Shown one piece after another: positions 1 through 12,960 of a stretch of 64,000 bases of DNA. Within the stretch, counting starts at the first letter, position 1, and every line of letters starts with the position of its first letter. A program made the position numbers and the translations under genes. This DNA is from Amphiscolops sp. MND2022 (lineage: Eukaryota): NCBI GenBank assembly GCA_964187785.1, contig OZ076414.1, positions 67,394,001 to 67,458,000 on the forward strand, in the 5' to 3' direction. Below the pieces are notes generated by a model that was not told where the DNA came from, searched no databases, and saw only the letters and a list, made by a program, of their open reading frames with translations.

Positions 1-487
1 ACGATTTTGGACTGACGATGTTCTCATAACAACTATGTGTTTAGTAGAGCAGAATAAGAATGCTAGACCACTGACAAGTGTTAGTGACGATCCAGATGAC
101 TTGGCTGTGACTCCTAACCACTTCTCATTGAGCAGAGCTAGTTTAGCCACACCATTCCTATCAGACATTCAACGTTACATAGGTCTGCAGAGAGTAATCA
201 GAGTATCTCAAGCCTAACCAGATATGATCTGAGCAGATGGAACAGAGAACATTTACCTCAATGGAACTCAATGGAATGAGAGATATTAATGGAACAAAGA
301 ATTTAGACGACCGGAAGTCAAAAATTTGGTTTGGATAGTTGATGAGAATGCGAAGAGAGCACACTAAAAGGAGGAAAGAGTGATGGAAGTCTATGATTGA
401 AGCGAGGGACGAGTAAGATCAGCGCTGGCGATAACGGAAGATGGACCACTCAGAAGACCAGTAGTGAAATTGGCACATCTGTTCTAA
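1..487 (+). mobile_element. Bel/Pao integrase C-terminal (DUF5641-like) remnant, copy a
   Basis: Translates to TMCLVEQNKNARPLTSVSDDPDDLAVTPNHF ... LVWIVDENAKR ... GRVRSALAITEDGPLRRPVVKLAHLF*, typical of the Bel/Pao pol 3' end. Contains stops and frameshifts. Confidence 0.85.
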
Positions 488-1439
488 GCAAGTGTTTTTC
501 CGGGGAAAACTGCTGACGATGTTTACGTCAGTCATCAGCAGGAAAAGAAATCGATTGAGAACACGCTGGTTGAAAAACTAGATTTAAACTTTCAATCTTC
601 AGATGAACAGTTAGAGAAAAACCTATCGTCAAAAAACAGACGAACCCCTACAGTTTGGGTGTTTTTGACAACTAAGAGTCATAGAGACTTGAAACTCGAC
701 ACACGTATGCGGGTACCCAATGCAAACACTCGGACAAAGTTTCAAGGTCATCCCACCTCACTACAACCCCCATTCTCAATATAACAACTCAATATAACCT
801 ACACCACTCAAATGGAAAGTATTCAAGGTCATTCAGCCAAATTCTAATCTTTGTTATTTACACATATGTCATCTTTAGAATGTAAATCTGATGAAAGAGG
901 CGTTATTTACAAGAAGTTTTTTCCATATGAAACCACCATTGGAAACCACCATTGTTTAGGACCATCATCACATAACCAACATTTAGGATCCACCGTATGG
1001 TTCATTTACATAGTGATAAGTTTTGATTTACACTTAAATGTCATTCATTTAAACATCAGATTTGACTAAAATTCATAGAATAGTCCTAAACGAGTTTTAA
1101 ACCGTGACTGTTAGGCACAAAAAGATTGGAAAACTGTATTAATTTTGGGTCTTAGAGCCAACTCTTTTTTCAATTCATATCTCTTTTCGACGTTTCGCCA
1201 AAGACTGAGCGCGACTATGTTAGTTACGTTAGTTACTTTTGATTCGTGGAGAGGTGACGTTAGGGTGTCAAGGAAGAAGTGCAATTCGAGATCAATGGAT
1301 CACTAAATCAAGATACAGTCCTTTTAACCTAAGAAGCAAGCAGATTCGCATGAACCATTCAGGTAATCACCGAATTCGGGGACGATAAGTCTGGTCAGGT
1401 GAAGAGATCAAGCAGCCGTTTCAGCTTCTTTTACATTTG

Positions 1440-2574
1440 TTTCACTTCATTGAAACGGTGGAGTAAAGAATCATGTCTGCTACCACAAAACTTACAAGAA
1501 GAACTCTTACAAGCGTTCAACAAAAGGCTTGGTTTCAAAAAATTGAAACACAAAGCATGATGTTTGATTTAGTCCGTTTTATAATCAGAAGAAGAAAAAT
1601 TTTTGACCTTCGGACAGGTAAAAACTTTATGCTTCTAACCAAAACCTTAACAAATAGTTTTTCCGCTTACTGTAAAAACTTGGGTTTGTGGTGGTTTTGT
1701 ATTAGCACTTTTCGGTTTTTTTTTCAATATCTCTTTTGTCTTTTCGACTTCTGGAAACACTTTAGGTAGCTTCTAGCGCGCGGCATCTGTTCTGTAAAAA
1801 CGATTTCAACTGTTTGAACGTTGGTTAAATCAGTACCAGGAGTTGCAATCTCCCTTTCATGCCTCGTTATGGGACTCATCTTGCCAACGACTCTGTATAA
1901 CAAAAACAGATGTTGTTCGTCAACATTATGACTTAGGATCGTTTATCTTTAGGTTAGATTAAGATAATCGTTGTTTTTTGACTGACTGATTCACTAAACT
2001 CAGCGATTTGAAATTTTCTGCCTCTTGATGAGGTATAATATTGATGCTTTTGACGTGTGCACGCACGCGAAATGAGGCGAGGATTACGAAACGGTGAGAA
2101 ATTCTTTATACTACATAATTGGAATCACTTAATGTGGCAGAGGATAAAGGTTTAGCTGCATCACTTTTCATACTGGATTTTAGGTACCGTAACTTCTGTT
2201 AGTTGCTGAACTTTGAATCTGTATCAACAGAACCTTTAAAAGGTCTATGAAACGAGTCCCGTCTGTATAAAGCCCATGAAACATTGGTAAACTAATATTT
2301 AGTAACTTTAGGTATGTTGCATCTCCATTTGGAAACGAGCTTGTAGTTGGAAATAACGACTTTCTGCACTGCGTAACTTGTTGGATAAAGCAGTTTATAT
2401 TGTAAGCAGTGTCACTAATTCTGCCATTCAATTCTGTAGTTCCAATTATGTCATTTTGAACAGTTTACTGTCCCACAAGAAATTAATACTTTTCTTCTAA
2501 GTCTTGTAATTGAAGCAAATTATCTTTGAGGCGAATCTCAGTTCGTTCTAACTTGATCGGATCTTGCTCTGAAA
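1440..2574 (-). mobile_element. Bel/Pao gag remnant (DUF1759-like region plus zinc-knuckle region), copy a
   Basis: Minus strand gives KLLNISLPMFHGLYTDGTRFIDLLK, QKLRYLKSSMKSDAAK and LCFNFLKPSLLLNACKSSSCKFCGSRHDSLLH. Heavily disrupted. Confidence 0.8.
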
Positions 2575-2659
2575 ATAAAGGTACATTGAGAGGTCTGCCC
2601 ATCCGAAAATATACGCAGATTTTAGAACAGCTATGTCATTCGGATCACCTGATGATGGT

Positions 2660-3177
2660 GTAAAAAAGCAATGACTGGTGTATTGGATTGACGATTTTGG
2701 ACTGACGATGTTCTCATAACAACTATGTGTTTAGTAGAGCAGAATAAGAATGCTAGACCACTGACAAGTGTTAGTGACGATCCAGATGACTTGGCTGTGA
2801 CTCCTAACCACTTCTCATTGAGCAGAGCTAGTTTAGCCACACCATTCCTATCAGACATTCAACGTTACATAGGTCTGCAGAGAGTAATCAGAGTATCTCA
2901 AGCCTAACCAGATATGATCTGAGCAGATGGAACAGAGAACATTTACCTCAATGGAACTCAATGGAATGAGAGATATTAATGGAACAAAGAATTTAGACGA
3001 CCGGAAGTCAAAAATTTGGTTTGGATAGTTGATGAGAATGCGAAGAGAGCACACTAAAAGGAGGAAAGAGTGATGGAAGTCTATGATTGAAGCGAGGGAC
3101 GAGTAAGATCAGCGCTGGCGATAACGGAAGATGGACCACTCAGAAGACCAGTAGTGAAATTGGCACATCTGTTCTAA
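2660..3177 (+). mobile_element. Bel/Pao integrase C-terminal remnant, copy b
   Basis: Duplicate of 1-487, with the extra upstream TDDVLITTMCLVEQ segment. Confidence 0.85.
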
Positions 3178-4116
3178 GCAAGTGTTTTTCCGGGGAAAAC
3201 TGCTGACGATGTTTACGTCAGTCATCAGCAGGAAAAGAAATCGATTGAGAACACGCTGGTTGAAAAACTAGATTTAAACTTTCAATCTTCAGATGAACAG
3301 TTAGAGAAAAACCTATCGTCAAAAAACAGACGAACCCCTACAGTTTGGGTGTTTTCGACAACTAAGAGTCATAGAGACTTGAAACTCGACACACGTATGC
3401 GGGTACCCAATGCAAACACTCGGACAAAGTTTCAAGGTCATCCCACCTCACTACAACCCCCATTCTCAATATAACAACTCAATATAACCTACACCACTCA
3501 AATGGAAAGTATTCAAGGTCATTCAGCCAAATTCTAATCTTTGTTATTTACACATATGTCATCTTTAGAATGTAAATCTTATGAAAGAGGCGTTATTTAC
3601 AAGAAGTTTTTTCCATATGAAACCACCATTGTTTAGGACCATCATCACATAACCAACATTTAGGACCCACCGTATGGTTCATTTACATAGTGATAAGTTT
3701 TGATTTACACTTAAATGTCATTCATTTAAACATCAGATTTGACTAAAGTTCATAGAATAGTCCTAAACGAGTTTTAAACCGTGACTGTTAGGCACAAAAA
3801 GATTGGAAAACTGTATTAAATTTGGGTCTTAGAGCCAACTCTTTTTTCAATTCATATCTCTTTTCGACGTTTCGCCAAAGACTGAGCGCGACTATGTTAG
3901 TTACGTTAGTTACTTTTGATTCGTGGAGAGGTGACGTTAGGGTGTCAAGGAAGAAGTGCAATTCGAGATCAATGGATCACTAAATCAAGATACAGTCCTT
4001 TTAACCTAAGAAGCAAGCAGATTCGCATGAACCATTCAGGTAATCACCGAATTCGGGGACGATAAGTCTGGTCAGGTGAAGAGATCAAGCAGCCGTTTCA
4101 GCTTCTTTTACATTTG

Positions 4117-5355
4117 TTTCACTTCATTGAAACGGTGGAGTAAAGAATCATGTCTGCTACCACAAAACTTACAAGAAGAACTCTTACAAGCGTTCAACAA
4201 AAGGCTTGGTTTCAAAAAATTGAAACACAAAGCATGATGTTTGATTTAGTCCGTTTTATAATCAGAAGAAGAAAAATTTTTGACCTTCGGACAGGTAAAA
4301 ACTTTATGCTTCTAACCAAAACCTTAACAAATAGTTTTTCCGCTTACTGTAAAAACTTGGGTTTTTGGTGGTTTTGTATTAGCACTTTTCGGTGTTTTTT
4401 CAATATCTCTTTTGTCTTTTCGACTTCTGGAAACACTTTAGGTAGCTTCTAGCGCGCGGCATCTGTTCTGTAAAAACGATTTCAACTGTTTGAACGTTGG
4501 TTAAATCAGTACCAGGAGTTGCAATCTCCCTTTCATGCCTCGTTATGGGACTCATCTTGCCAACGACTCTGTATAACAAAAACAGATGTTGTTCGTCAAC
4601 ATTATGACTTAGGATCGTTTATCTTTAGGTTAGATTAAGATAATCGTTGTTTTTTGACTGACTGATTCACTAAACTCAGCGATTTGAAATTTTCTGCCTC
4701 TTGATGAGGTATAATATTGATGCTTTTGACGTGTGCACGCACGCGAAATGAGGCGAGGTTTACGAAACGGTGAGAAATTCTTTATACTACATAATTGGAA
4801 TCACTTAATGTGGCAGAGGATAAAGGTTTAGCTGCATCACTTTTCATACTGGATTTTAGGTACCGTAACTTCTGTTAGTTGCTGAACTTTGAATCTGTAT
4901 CAACAGAACCTTTAAAAGGTCTATGAAACGAATCCCGTCTGTATAAAGCCCATGAAACGTTGGTAAACTAATATTTAGTAACTTTAAGTATGTTGCATCT
5001 CCATTTGGAAACGAGCTTGTAGTTGGAAATAACGACTTTCTGCACTGCGTAACTTGTTGGATAAAGCAGTTTATATTGTAAGCAGTGTCACTAGTTCTGC
5101 CATTCAATTCTGTAGTTCCAATTATGTCATTTTGAACAGTTTACTGTCCCACAAGAAATTAATACTTTTCTTCTAAGTCTTGTAATTGAAGCAAATTATC
5201 TTTGAGGCGAATCTCAGTTCGTTCTAACTTGATCGGATCTTGCTCTGAAATACTTGTTAGTTCCCATTCTAGTATCAACTCGACTTCCGTGTATTATCTT
5301 GTGCTAAAACCTCGATGTGCCAACTTAATTGTTTCTTAGTTCCAAATTCCGTCAT
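4117..5355 (-). mobile_element. Bel/Pao gag remnant, copy b, retaining the N-terminus
   Basis: Duplicate of 1440-2574. It continues past the duplication breakpoint to a possible ATG at 5355 (MTEFGTKKQL...). Confidence 0.75.
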
Positions 5356-5667
5356 TGCTCAGGCAATAAATTTAACGCGTGGTAAAATTTTAAATGAAAT
5401 AACGATATTCAAGAGCAAAATCATATGATTATTTTGTTCTGAATAAACTTTGGTAAAGACTAAAAACGGAAAGAACATAAGTTCGGCTTATGTCAGTATG
5501 AGCAAGGTTTAGAAGTTGGCATATATTCGGCTTTGTCAAGATGCAAAAAGAATGAAAGAAATACTATGCTTTCATAAGGTAGACTGTGGCTTTCCCTGTG
5601 CTGCATGTAGTCTTCTCGACATCTTTTTGTGGGGCATCATTTTGTTTTTGGTTCTTTTAGTTCCTTT

Positions 5668-6154
5668 TTAGTCGGCGCAGTTTAGAAGAAAATGAGCCCG
5701 ACTATTACAGTGGCAAGTTTTTTTTTTCGTCAGACCACAGAATGTATGCGTAGTGGACACTTTTTACAGAACTACTAAAAGTACTGCACCGGCAAGCGGA
5801 ATCATATCTGAGTTACTGCAAAGGGTCCCCCCTTTCGTGTACTCAATTTTTAACGTAAGATACAAAACCGGACGGAACTACAGGGTCCCCCCTTTGAATT
5901 TTTTTCGGCACTGTGCGACTTTTTTTCGAAATTTTTTTAATGTCCCCAAAGGGTCCCCCCTTGGAGTTTTTTGTTATTTTGCAACAGAATGTGTGTTTAT
6001 AAATCAAAAAGGGTCCCCCCTTTTACATTTTTCGGCACTACGCGACATTTTCCGAAAGAAAAATTTTTTTCGAAAATTTCAAGTTTTTTCCAAAAAAATG
6101 TTTTGCGCTTTTTGAGACTTAGATATAGCGCCGACTTGAGACGTTCCCGTCTTG
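5668..6154 (+). mobile_element. Helentron/DINE-1-like non-autonomous element, family A
   Basis: 5' subterminal agtcggcgc (5670-5678) has an adjacent inverted partner ccgacta (5698-5704). 3' gcgccgact (6128-6136) is its exact reverse complement. This is followed by hairpin agacg-ttcc-cgtct and CTTG then TT. Internal agggtcccccc/tttcggcact repeats. Confidence 0.75.
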
Positions 6155-6559
6155 TTTTTAGCTACTGAGCTTAAGTTGGGCCCTTAATGAAAACCTCGTT
6201 CATACAAATTTAATTGTAGAAGTAGAAGTCAAACCAATGAATTTACATCTTACTAATACAAATAGTCATATTAATTACTCATCACAGGGGCTGATTATGA
6301 GGACGAATTATGTAAAACGGTCACACTCCAACGTTTTCTTCCAGTTTGTGGTCGATCTATTTGGTTTTCGTATCGTGGGAAAAATTGATTCTTTCATTGT
6401 TTGACACTTTCTTTTTAGTGATTTATCTCGGTAGGGTGTTCCGCAAGGGTATTTTTTTTGAAGAAACATTTGCGTAGAATTTCAGGTCTGAATGTCATAT
6501 CCGAGTATTCAAGTTATGTTCTTCTTCTTTAATGTTGAACAACCTAGCTTTAAAATAGA

Positions 6560-6897
6560 AAAGACACTTGTTCCAAAATGTTAGTTATGTGACGAGATAT
6601 TTTGTGGATACCACCATTTTTGTATTATAAAACCAGTTTTTTTTAGAAATTTGTAGAGCCTCCCTCCCTAAACAATGCCCATCTATGTTTCTCAGGAATG
6701 TAGAGACAATGGGCTGAGGTGAGAACTACATCTGGGGTGACATAAGTACCCCCACAGAGCAGACCGCCAATTTTGACAGCCACAAAAAATGGGAGACGAA
6801 CTTTAGCTGGCATGCCTCCAATGATACCCAAACTCGTGACGTCATTGAATAAAGAAAGGGCTGTTGTCAACAGGTAGAAAGACACTCTTTGGTTCAT
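6560..6897 (-). pseudogene. Secreted S1 (trypsin-fold) serine protease, N-terminal fragment with a frameshift
   Basis: MNQRVSFYLLTTALSLF signal-like peptide, IIGG, LCGGTYV, catalytic-His motif VLTSAHC. A frameshift near 6660-6669 continues as ALQISKKNWFYNTKMVVS, matching TATNWLYRSDIIMS of the 12961 protease. No GDSGGP half was found. Confidence 0.8.
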
Positions 6898-9800
6898 TTT
6901 GAAGACTACCAGATTCTGGCTGTCACTTTTTGGAATACTGGGACCTCTCTGATTCTGCGGTTGAACTGATTGGAAACTCTTTGATATCGAACATCAAATA
7001 TTCAACAGATTAAGTTTGCAGTTTGTAATCGATACTGTTAGCAACTTTGTAACCCAGTTCTTGTTTCTTCATAAAAAGGTTGAAATTCTACAAAATGTGA
7101 CGAGAGACTATCTTTTGTACTGGTTTCAGAACAAAAAATTTTTAAAATAGGAATGGAAAAAAGGTACGTTCCAAAAAGGGCTAAAATGAACTTTACATGT
7201 ATTTTTACTCACTGCTTCAATGCGACGACGTTTGTGTCCTGTTTAAAAATACACTGCTAGCAAGCCTTTGGATTTGCCGCTCCAAAATGATTTTCTTAGT
7301 TTGAAGAAATCTTTTCCTTAAAATGAAAGTATTTCGTTTTCATTGCATCAAACATTCAAAAACACAGTGACTGTTGATTATTAAGAGCTAGCTAGATATA
7401 ACTCGGAAGGAAATAATATTCTCCTAACTGGAACTGAAGTTTCAAACTGATGAATACTTAGAAAAAAAATAAAACTCTTAAATTCATTCGGTTTTCTTAG
7501 AAACTTAATTTTCAGCCTTTTTCCCTTTTACGATTTTTCCTACTAATTCGACAGTGCAGAAATAAATCGAAAATACAGTGTTACCGGTACAATTTTTACC
7601 GAATTATTGTGATAGTTGAAAAAATATATATTCTAACTCGACCACAAAAAAGTGACTGTCTGAAACTACTTTTGATGCAATTCTATTGTTTCGAATTCTT
7701 TGAGAGTTCGATCGTTCAGCTGAATCTTCAAACGCTTTGAGTAGGTTCAAGGTTTTGATGAATTGTCTCGGATGTTTTAATTTATTCAATTTGATTGCTC
7801 TTCAAACTGGCCTCATTTGAACTTCAGTTAGATCGTTCAATTTTACAAGGATCAACAAATCATTTTGAACTCTGTTTTGAATTTTATTGATTCTATTCTT
7901 GAAACATGAAACCCCTCTTGAGACAAAATCATCCATGAGTAGATAGAGAGATATGAACAGTTTTTAAAGACATGTAGTTTTTACAAAGTTCCGACACAAA
8001 ATTGCAGATTGCATAAGTTTTGTAACTACAAGGTTCTTCTCAGAGATACTAACTTTTTGACGGAAACCTAGTCGAGATTGCTTTAAGATTTTACATGCTG
8101 CATGGAAACATGCTGGCTAACTTTGTTTTACAAAACATCGAAAATTCCGAGAGCCTGCTCGGAGAAATTTGGTAGAATTACAATGCAGCGTCCTTTATTT
8201 CAGTTAAAACTGAAAACATTTCCCCTTCCTTACCGTTGCGATTACTTTGTTTTCACGCTTACGTTTCTCAAGTAAGTATCTTGCGTAATCACCGTTAGTC
8301 AAACAGCACGCTGAATATAACGCTACTTGGAAACTTATAAGATGACTGAAGTTTATTTACCTTGTAATTGCGGTAAAATTGGTGATGTCTCAGCTGCTTT
8401 TATAATTAGAACCGCTGCTTAATGCAACCTGCAAAACGTCGCGGCTCGGAATTGCCGTCAAATTTGGGATGAATCTTATAGGCTGCTTGATAAAATTAAA
8501 TTGATTCAATGAAACATTGATTCAATCAAATTGATTCAATGCATATAAAAGCATGAAAAGTTAGATTGGTAACCTACAAAAACTTGTAAAAAGTACCAGC
8601 AATTTCACAAAGGGAAGACATATCGACCTGGTTTTCTTCTACAATCAAATTATGCCGGGTTAGAATCTGATTCTGTTTTGAGGCTTGTAGAGATGTAACG
8701 GCAACTGCTGATGTCAACAATTTTCGATGATTTTCAACAAAGTACCAAATTTTCGTTCAAATCTGACGTGGCAGTCTGAACATGTTTTCGGTCAAAGACC
8801 TGCCAGAAAACAGCCTCAAAACTGACAAGACGCCACCCGCGAGAACGAAAACAGCAATACCAACAGCTAGTGCAGCTATTCTGACGTTTTTTTCACGGAA
8901 TTGTGCCTATCTCCGTCAAGATTTCTCTACTTTGTAGCAGAAACCCGTGAACCCAGATGTCTGCCTGAAGACCCCTGTGGCCTTCTGTGGTGTTACCAGC
9001 TCGAGCGCTGGGTATTCTTTTTGGTCTTACTTTTTCGCTGAAGAACGAACTCAAACAGTTGTTTTTGATGTGTTTGTTGCAGTTTAGACTGATATGCCAG
9101 AGTGCTGTCTAAATACCATCTGTGCTACTGTTCGTTCTTTATTGGCGATTTGTCAGTTTTTCCTAAACTATGGTTTAGTGGTTTAACTCTAATTCAGTCT
9201 TTCAGCACCCTTTTTAGAGGCTAATTAAGCAGTGGTCTTTAGCCCAAGGAAGATGCTTGTTTTTTAATCAGTTACAGACTGGGACCAGGCCAGAGAGCAT
9301 CCGATAAGACGGTTCCCCCACCCTGGGACTGGCTCCCTTGGAGGCAAAACGAGCTAGGGCAGTGGAGATCTAAGTCCCGGATCATATTCACCGTTCTAGT
9401 TCCTCCACTTCTAAATCTCGGTTAAGCGCCAGCGCTTGTCGTTACAAGAATTCTCTATAGTTTCATTTTTCATGATATATCGTCTGCATTTGTAAAATTG
9501 AAAGCCAATACTCTAGAAACCTTTTCCTTCCAATCAATGTTGCTGATGAAGTTTCTACAGTTTAATGTGCTTTTCAAGGATAATTTTTTTTTGAAAAAGG
9601 TTTCGCTTCCGGGGTTGTATTAGCTTCGAAAAAGAAAACTTACCAAAAACATGAAACTTTCCCAAAATAAATACTAACTGACGCGGCAGCATGTTTTGCG
9701 TATTTTAGAAATTTCCAACTTTTAGCCCTTTTTCGCCCGAACTGAAAACGATTCGGCCCTAGAAAGTACGGCAAAGATATAGGCTGTTTTGCGTACCATC

Positions 9801-10019
9801 AAAGGTTCCGCCATCACGAAAATAGGTGAATTTTTTTTCATAGTTTCTGGATATCCTCTGACCTGAGTCTAGAAATATTCCTAATTGTTTGAGCCCAAAC
9901 TTCTGAGCCCAGTTCCCTTTTGAACGTCGCTGCTCGCAGCCAAGCGCGTCATTCCATCTTGCAATAAATTATAGCATTAGCTCGTTCGAAACAATTTTTC
10001 ATCTATTTTTCCCTTTTTT

Positions 10020-10110
10020 GTTGGTTGTTGATGTTCTTGCTACTTTTGTTGCAATTTTTGTTGTTGGTTGTATTTTTTTGTCTTTGCTTTTGTTGTTTTT
10101 ATTGCTCGTT
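10020..10110. repeat. TTG-rich low-complexity tract
   Basis: Degenerate (ttg/ttgttg)n sequence. Confidence 0.8.
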
Positions 10111-10473
10111 TGGAACACGAACTCTCACCATCCTAGTCACTCGCAGCAACCTTGAAACAGTATTTGCTCGAAGGAATTCCAATTACCTGTTCTCTCTTTA
10201 TGTCGAGTGGTTTTTGAGACATTTTTTCCTCGTGCATTGTCGAAAGTGTTTCGTGTTCACCAACGAGCGGTACTTTTTGGTCGTTCATGCTCTTTTTGGG
10301 GTTAAACATTTAACGTCGCCTGTTCAACCTGGTTCTTTTTTGTTTTCAGAAACCAAGAAACTTTCACCAGTTAGCGTCAATCATTTGATTCACAAATCCA
10401 TCATTTTCAGTCAAACAATTTCATATCGAAAATTAGATAAATTGAGCTCTATCAATCAACTGCCATTATTCAA

Positions 10474-10780
10474 CAAGACGCCCGCTATGCACCGGGATAT
10501 GTTCCGCCTTCAAAAGCGATGGTTTGTTTTCAAACATCCGCCTCCTCCTTAGTCTAATGCAATACAGTTCGGATATAACGTTAAAAATTCGGATATAACG
10601 CAATAAGATCAAACCTCCGCCTCCTCCTTAGTAATATAGTAAATACTAGAAAATAGTTACTTATAGAAGAGTCAAGTAGCTGAAAATAGTCAACTGGATA
10701 AAGTGGAATTTTGGCTGAATTTGGAAAAAAAGCAACACAGATTATAATTTTCCTTCCCGTTTATGTAGGCAGAAAATAAT
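10474..10780 (-). mobile_element. Helentron/DINE-1-like non-autonomous element, family B
   Basis: On minus: 5' tattttctgcc...ggaaaattataatctgtgttgc; 3' ggcggaacata (inverted partner, 9/11), then cccggtgcatagcggg and CGTCTTG-TT. Homologous to 51918-52309. Confidence 0.7.
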
Positions 10781-11204
10781 AACGATGTGTTGTACGTCAT
10801 GTTCAAATGTCTTTCCTTTCGTCTTATAGTTCTAGGAAAGTCTTCAAGCCAGTCAACGCGTTGTCTGTTACCTGCTAGAGTATCTCAATTTTCATGAGAC
10901 TCTTTCGGCGACTTTTTGGGAATGAAAAAGAACTGGGAAAGACGCAGGCACGGTTTAGGTCATTTTAACTCAACTAGGTTTTCTTTTACAACTAGCTTTT
11001 GGTTTCTTCATGAGATATTTCACTAACTAAATTTTGTTCACTTTTCATTAGGCCATTTCGAATATTTCCTCCGGTGATTCATCCAATCTTGCTAAAGTTT
11101 CTTTTTTAACTTACGCAAAGCTAAGTATTTCATTTTTCAACTCTTCTTTTTTCTACCAACGTTCATAAACATGGACCCGTTTTGTGCAAGCTGGCAGAGA
11201 ACAT

Positions 11205-11520
11205 TGCTGTTGCAGTTGCTGTTTTTTGTTAATGTTGATGTTCTTGTTTTTGTTGTTAAAGTTTTCGCTTTGGTTGTTGTTGCTGCTATTGNNNNNNNNN
11301 NNNNNNNNNNNNNNNNNNNNNNNNNNNNNNNNNNNNNNNNNNNNNNNNNNNNNNNNNNNNNNNNNNNNNNNNNNNNNNNNNNNNNNNNNNNNNNNNNNNN
11401 NNNNNNNNNNNNNNNNNNNNNNNNNNNNNNNNNNNNNNNNNNNNNNNNNNNNNNNNNNNNNNNNNNNNNNNNNNNNNNNNNNNNNNNNNNNNNNNGTTGT
11501 TTTATTGGTTTCATTGTTCT
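11205..11520. repeat. TTG-rich low-complexity tract spanning an assembly gap
   Basis: (ttg)n-like sequence on both sides of the N-run. Confidence 0.75.
11292..11495. other. Assembly gap (204 N)
   Basis: Run of N. Confidence 1.
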
Positions 11521-12960
11521 TCTGTTTCTTTTTCAGTGACTAGTTTGTTTATTTTCAAATTCGTTTTCAAGCTTTTCCTTGCAACAAAGTTGTTGCTTTA
11601 AAAAAACGTTTCGAAACGCTCCAAAATGAGCGACAAGGAAGAAAACTCAAAAAAGATCATGTATTTGAAGATTGTAACATTACTTACATCTGCAACTGTG
11701 AAAACAATTTCAGCCGTCACTTTTGTTCATTTTATTATTTATCTGAAGTTTCACTAGGATGTTTACATTGTTTTTATGTTTGCATCACAAAGATCTAAAA
11801 ATAATCGAGAACCGTGGGTTCTTTATATAGGATTTGACTTCAGAATTGAATTACCCTTATACACAAGAATTGGAACCCAATTCATCAATTTTGAAGTATT
11901 GTTGTAAAGAGACAAATATCGATATAGAAGCGATATTTCACTCATCAAAACTATTTGCTTAAAATAACTAAGTTGAACAACAATAAATATACAGGAAATT
12001 GAGGTACTGAATTTTGTTGGGCGATCAGTATTTATATCTTGAACGAGAAAACTACCCATAATTTTCTTCTTTACATTTCTGTCAACTAACAGCTGTGTGT
12101 GAGCAGTAGAAAGTAAGTATTCTTGCATCAAAATTTGATCTTCAGTCATTTTGCTACTAAAAAATCCTGAAAAAAACCAGCATTTCAACTAAAAATTAGT
12201 TTTCTGAATATTTTGCTGTTCTAATTCAGTTAAGGGAAAACGTGCCAGAAGCATAAGAGCAAGTAACATGAAATAAAATCAGTTTCATTCATCATAAATT
12301 TGATAGTTCTGCAGAAAAACTGGTTGTATGACGCTTAGCGCAACTACTCATGTTGTTTGTTGTAATGCTATTTGGAGTTCAAGAGTTGAGGGTTGCAGGT
12401 TGAAGGATCGTTCCTCGGTCAATCCTCTTATTATTTTGTTTGATTCCTTTTAGGGTATGCGTGAACTTACTGCTGTGAAAAACTCTTGGAATTCTTGGAA
12501 AGAATCTCGCATTTTCGTGAAACCCGAAAATAAGAATCTTCAAGATATTGCAAAGAGTTTCAAGAGAAAAGCTGACAATTTTGAAAAAAAATAAACAATT
12601 GTCATGTCCGGCAGGATTATCCATGACTCCAAGCTGTCCCTACTTTGGGCCATTCATGATTCCAGACTGTACCATTTATGGTTTCAGACTGGACCATAGA
12701 AGTTTATGGTTCCAGGCTGACCATACTCTGAATCTGAATCATATATGATTCCAGATTGATCATGGTAAGATCAGAGAAAAAATGCATGATTTGTATGGTA
12801 TCATTTTTGATCAGAGTATGATCAACCCGGTCGGGAAACCCGGGTTAGTAAAAACCTTGAGAAACAAAACTGAAGTTGCGAAAACATTCAAGAGAGTTTT
12901 GCATAGCCTCACTGAAATACTTTGTTTTACTTTTAGGTATCTTTGCCTCATCAAAAAACG

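Larger units (their letters stand above)
1..5250. repeat. Direct tandem duplication: 1-2574 is repeated at 2691-5250 (period 2690, falling to 2676 after small indels)
   Basis: Sequence at position 1 (acgattttggactgacg) recurs at 2691. Shared sequence ends at tgctctgaaa (2574 and 5250). About a dozen substitutions plus a 13-bp indel (ggaaaccaccatt) by manual comparison. Confidence 0.97.

Noticed and set aside
620-670. Fold-back gtcaaaaaaca...tgtttttgac as the 5' end of another Helentron-like family
   Set aside because: No convincing matching 3' subterminal repeat, hairpin or CTTG end was found downstream.
5400-5660. Possible C-terminal half of the 6.6-6.9 kb protease beyond the family A insertion
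   Set aside because: No DSGGP-like or other conserved motif in the minus-strand frames.
5753-6168. ORFs within family A elements (also 23200-23601, 55969-56166, 59713-60348)
   Set aside because: They arise from internal repeats of non-coding elements and show no protein motifs.
11137-11543. ORFs of 119-125 aa
   Set aside because: Artefacts of reading through an N-gap and TTG low-complexity sequence. The same applies to ORFs at 18322-18729 and 43517-43907.
11823-12188. 121-aa minus-strand ORF containing PILVYKG, faintly like pogo/Tigger transposases
   Set aside because: A single short motif with no supporting DDE context.
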